Below, piece by piece: positions 22,244 through 23,712 of a stretch of 23,712 nucleotides of DNA. A program made the position numbers and the translations under genes. Position 1 is the first letter of the stretch; every line of letters begins with the position of its first letter. Source of the stretch: Asterionella formosa (taxonomy: Eukaryota); assembly GCA_002256025.1 (NCBI GenBank), contig NKIB01012145.1, forward strand, positions 62,001 to 85,712. Reading direction: 5' to 3'. The notes beneath the pieces are model-generated. The model searched no databases, was not told where the DNA came from, and was given only the letters and a program-made list of their open reading frames with translations.

Positions 22244-22527
22244 TCCTTCTTAGCCACATGGTGTATCATCATGTTGTATTGTCACTTCAGTTTTTCGCAT
22301 CATGTGTTGCTTGAGATCCTTCATTTCAGGAAGTGTATGTATGACAAGGAGCTTGAAAGGCTTTTGCTCTTGATTTACCATCTATTGATTCCGCCCTTCT
22401 CCGTAGTCACTCCTTCTAAGCCGCAAGTATCATTGTGCTGTCTTATCACTTTCGTTTTCCGCGTCATCATATGTGATGATCCTTCATTTCAGGAGCAAAG
22501 TGTATGCATGACAAGGAACATGAAAAC
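22178..22527. repeat. Diverged tandem duplication, two copies of ~170-185 bp
   Basis: Shared blocks TTTGCTCTTGA (22178/22363), TTGATTCCGCCCTTCTCC (22215/22385), TCACTCCTTCT, GATCCTTCATTTCAGGA and ATGACAAGGA. Confidence 0.85.
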
Positions 22528-23324
22528 GTGATTTCAAATGTTTCAGCCATGAATACATATATAGGAAGATTTGTAAGTTTAAAAGTACATATAGTTGAAC
22601 ATTTGCATAGTTTTAAACACGCTCATTATACGGCACATCCTGTGTGTACTCATATCAATTTTGATTATATATAAATCAAATATATACAATGCATGATGAG
22701 TTCATAGTTTTCCACGACCTGTTGAATTTTTTCAATTTGTTTTGTGTCAGCCAATTCTTGTACCTACAAGTCAGTGGCTGACTTAAAAAAGCCCCTTAAT
22801 AAACGGGAGTGATCACCAATTTTTCAAATGGTCGAAATCATACATTAATGTATATAGACACATTGACCTTATACATTCGAAGAATTCATATGGCCTAGCT
22901 ACCGGTAGTACTGTATACTTGCTGGGAATTACTTCTATCATGGGAGTACCACAAGAATAGTGCAGCGGAAAACTGAGTAGGCTCATGTGTTTAGGATCAT
23001 TTGATCATATTTTTTATATATCAACTCATTTTGGTGCTTGCTTCTTTGTTCCATACCGGCAGTATTTGCCACATGTCGCTTGTTTCCATGAATCTCTTTA
23101 TGGTTTTTTGAAGACATTGTACTACTAGATAACTGTTATCGTTGTCTTGCTTACTTAAAGTTTGATCATCTTAAAATCAGGTGTTGCTAGCTACAATGAA
23201 ATGAATCGTCAGCCACTACATACAATATTTTACGCTGTCTAGATATGATACCATAAAACCAACAGTGCTATTTACATTATCATATAAAAAATCAGAACCG
23301 AGTTTGAGTAATAGCATATCTTGT

Positions 23325-23712
23325 TTTCAATTATATGATTATACAATCCTAAAAATATGATGATTTACTGTCCCGCTGCAGTAACAGCAGTCATGAACAT
23401 ATGGTGTTCTGTTGCTCGCTTACTACTCCGACTACTCTCTTTCAATTTTACGATCATACAATCCTAAAACTATGATGATTTACTGTCCCGCTGCAGTAGC
23501 AGCAGTCATGAACATATGGTGTTCTGTTGCTCGCTTACTACTCCGACTACTCTCTTTCAATTTTACGATCATACAATCCTAAAACTATGATGATTTACTG
23601 TCCCGCTGCAGTAGCAGCAGTCATGAATATATGGTGTTCTGTTGCTTGCTTACTACTCCGACTACTCTCTTTGAATTTTACGATCATACAATCCTAAAAC
23701 TATGATGATTTA
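23325..23712. repeat. 115-bp tandem repeat, at least 3.3 near-identical copies, truncated by the window end
   Basis: ATACAATCCTAAAA recurs at 23341, 23456, 23571 and 23686, with only a few substitutions between units and no spacers. Confidence 0.95.

Noticed and set aside
23325..23712. CRISPR-like array
   Set aside because: Units repeat in full with no unique spacers, the context is eukaryotic and there are no cas genes.

Overview
Compact eukaryotic genomic DNA, most likely a diatom (inferred from 73-120 nt GT-AG introns, dense gene packing and the gene family at the left edge). Six genes are supported: the 3' end of a COG3899/STAND-ATPase-like helical-repeat protein (+), condensin subunit SMC4 (-, 3 exons), glutathione synthetase (+), UDP-glucose 6-dehydrogenase (-, 2 exons), a Polycomb-group RING/RAWUL protein of the PCGF/Psc/BMI1 type (+, 2 exons) and the CCR4-NOT scaffold CNOT1 (-, 3 exons). 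The non-coding DNA is the more unusual part. A ~100-bp TA-flanked MITE with ~26-bp terminal inverted repeats occurs three times, each time just upstream of a gene. It is surrounded by many TA-CC(W)GG-TA motifs that match its fused ends and may be excision footprints. Also present: related orphan or degenerate TIRs, two ~20-bp minisatellites, a CpG-depleted relic region, an intron-dense micro-exon relic gene, a diverged ~170-185-bp duplication and a 115-bp tandem repeat running off the right edge. All gene models and counts were made by eye and have not been checked by software or transcript data.
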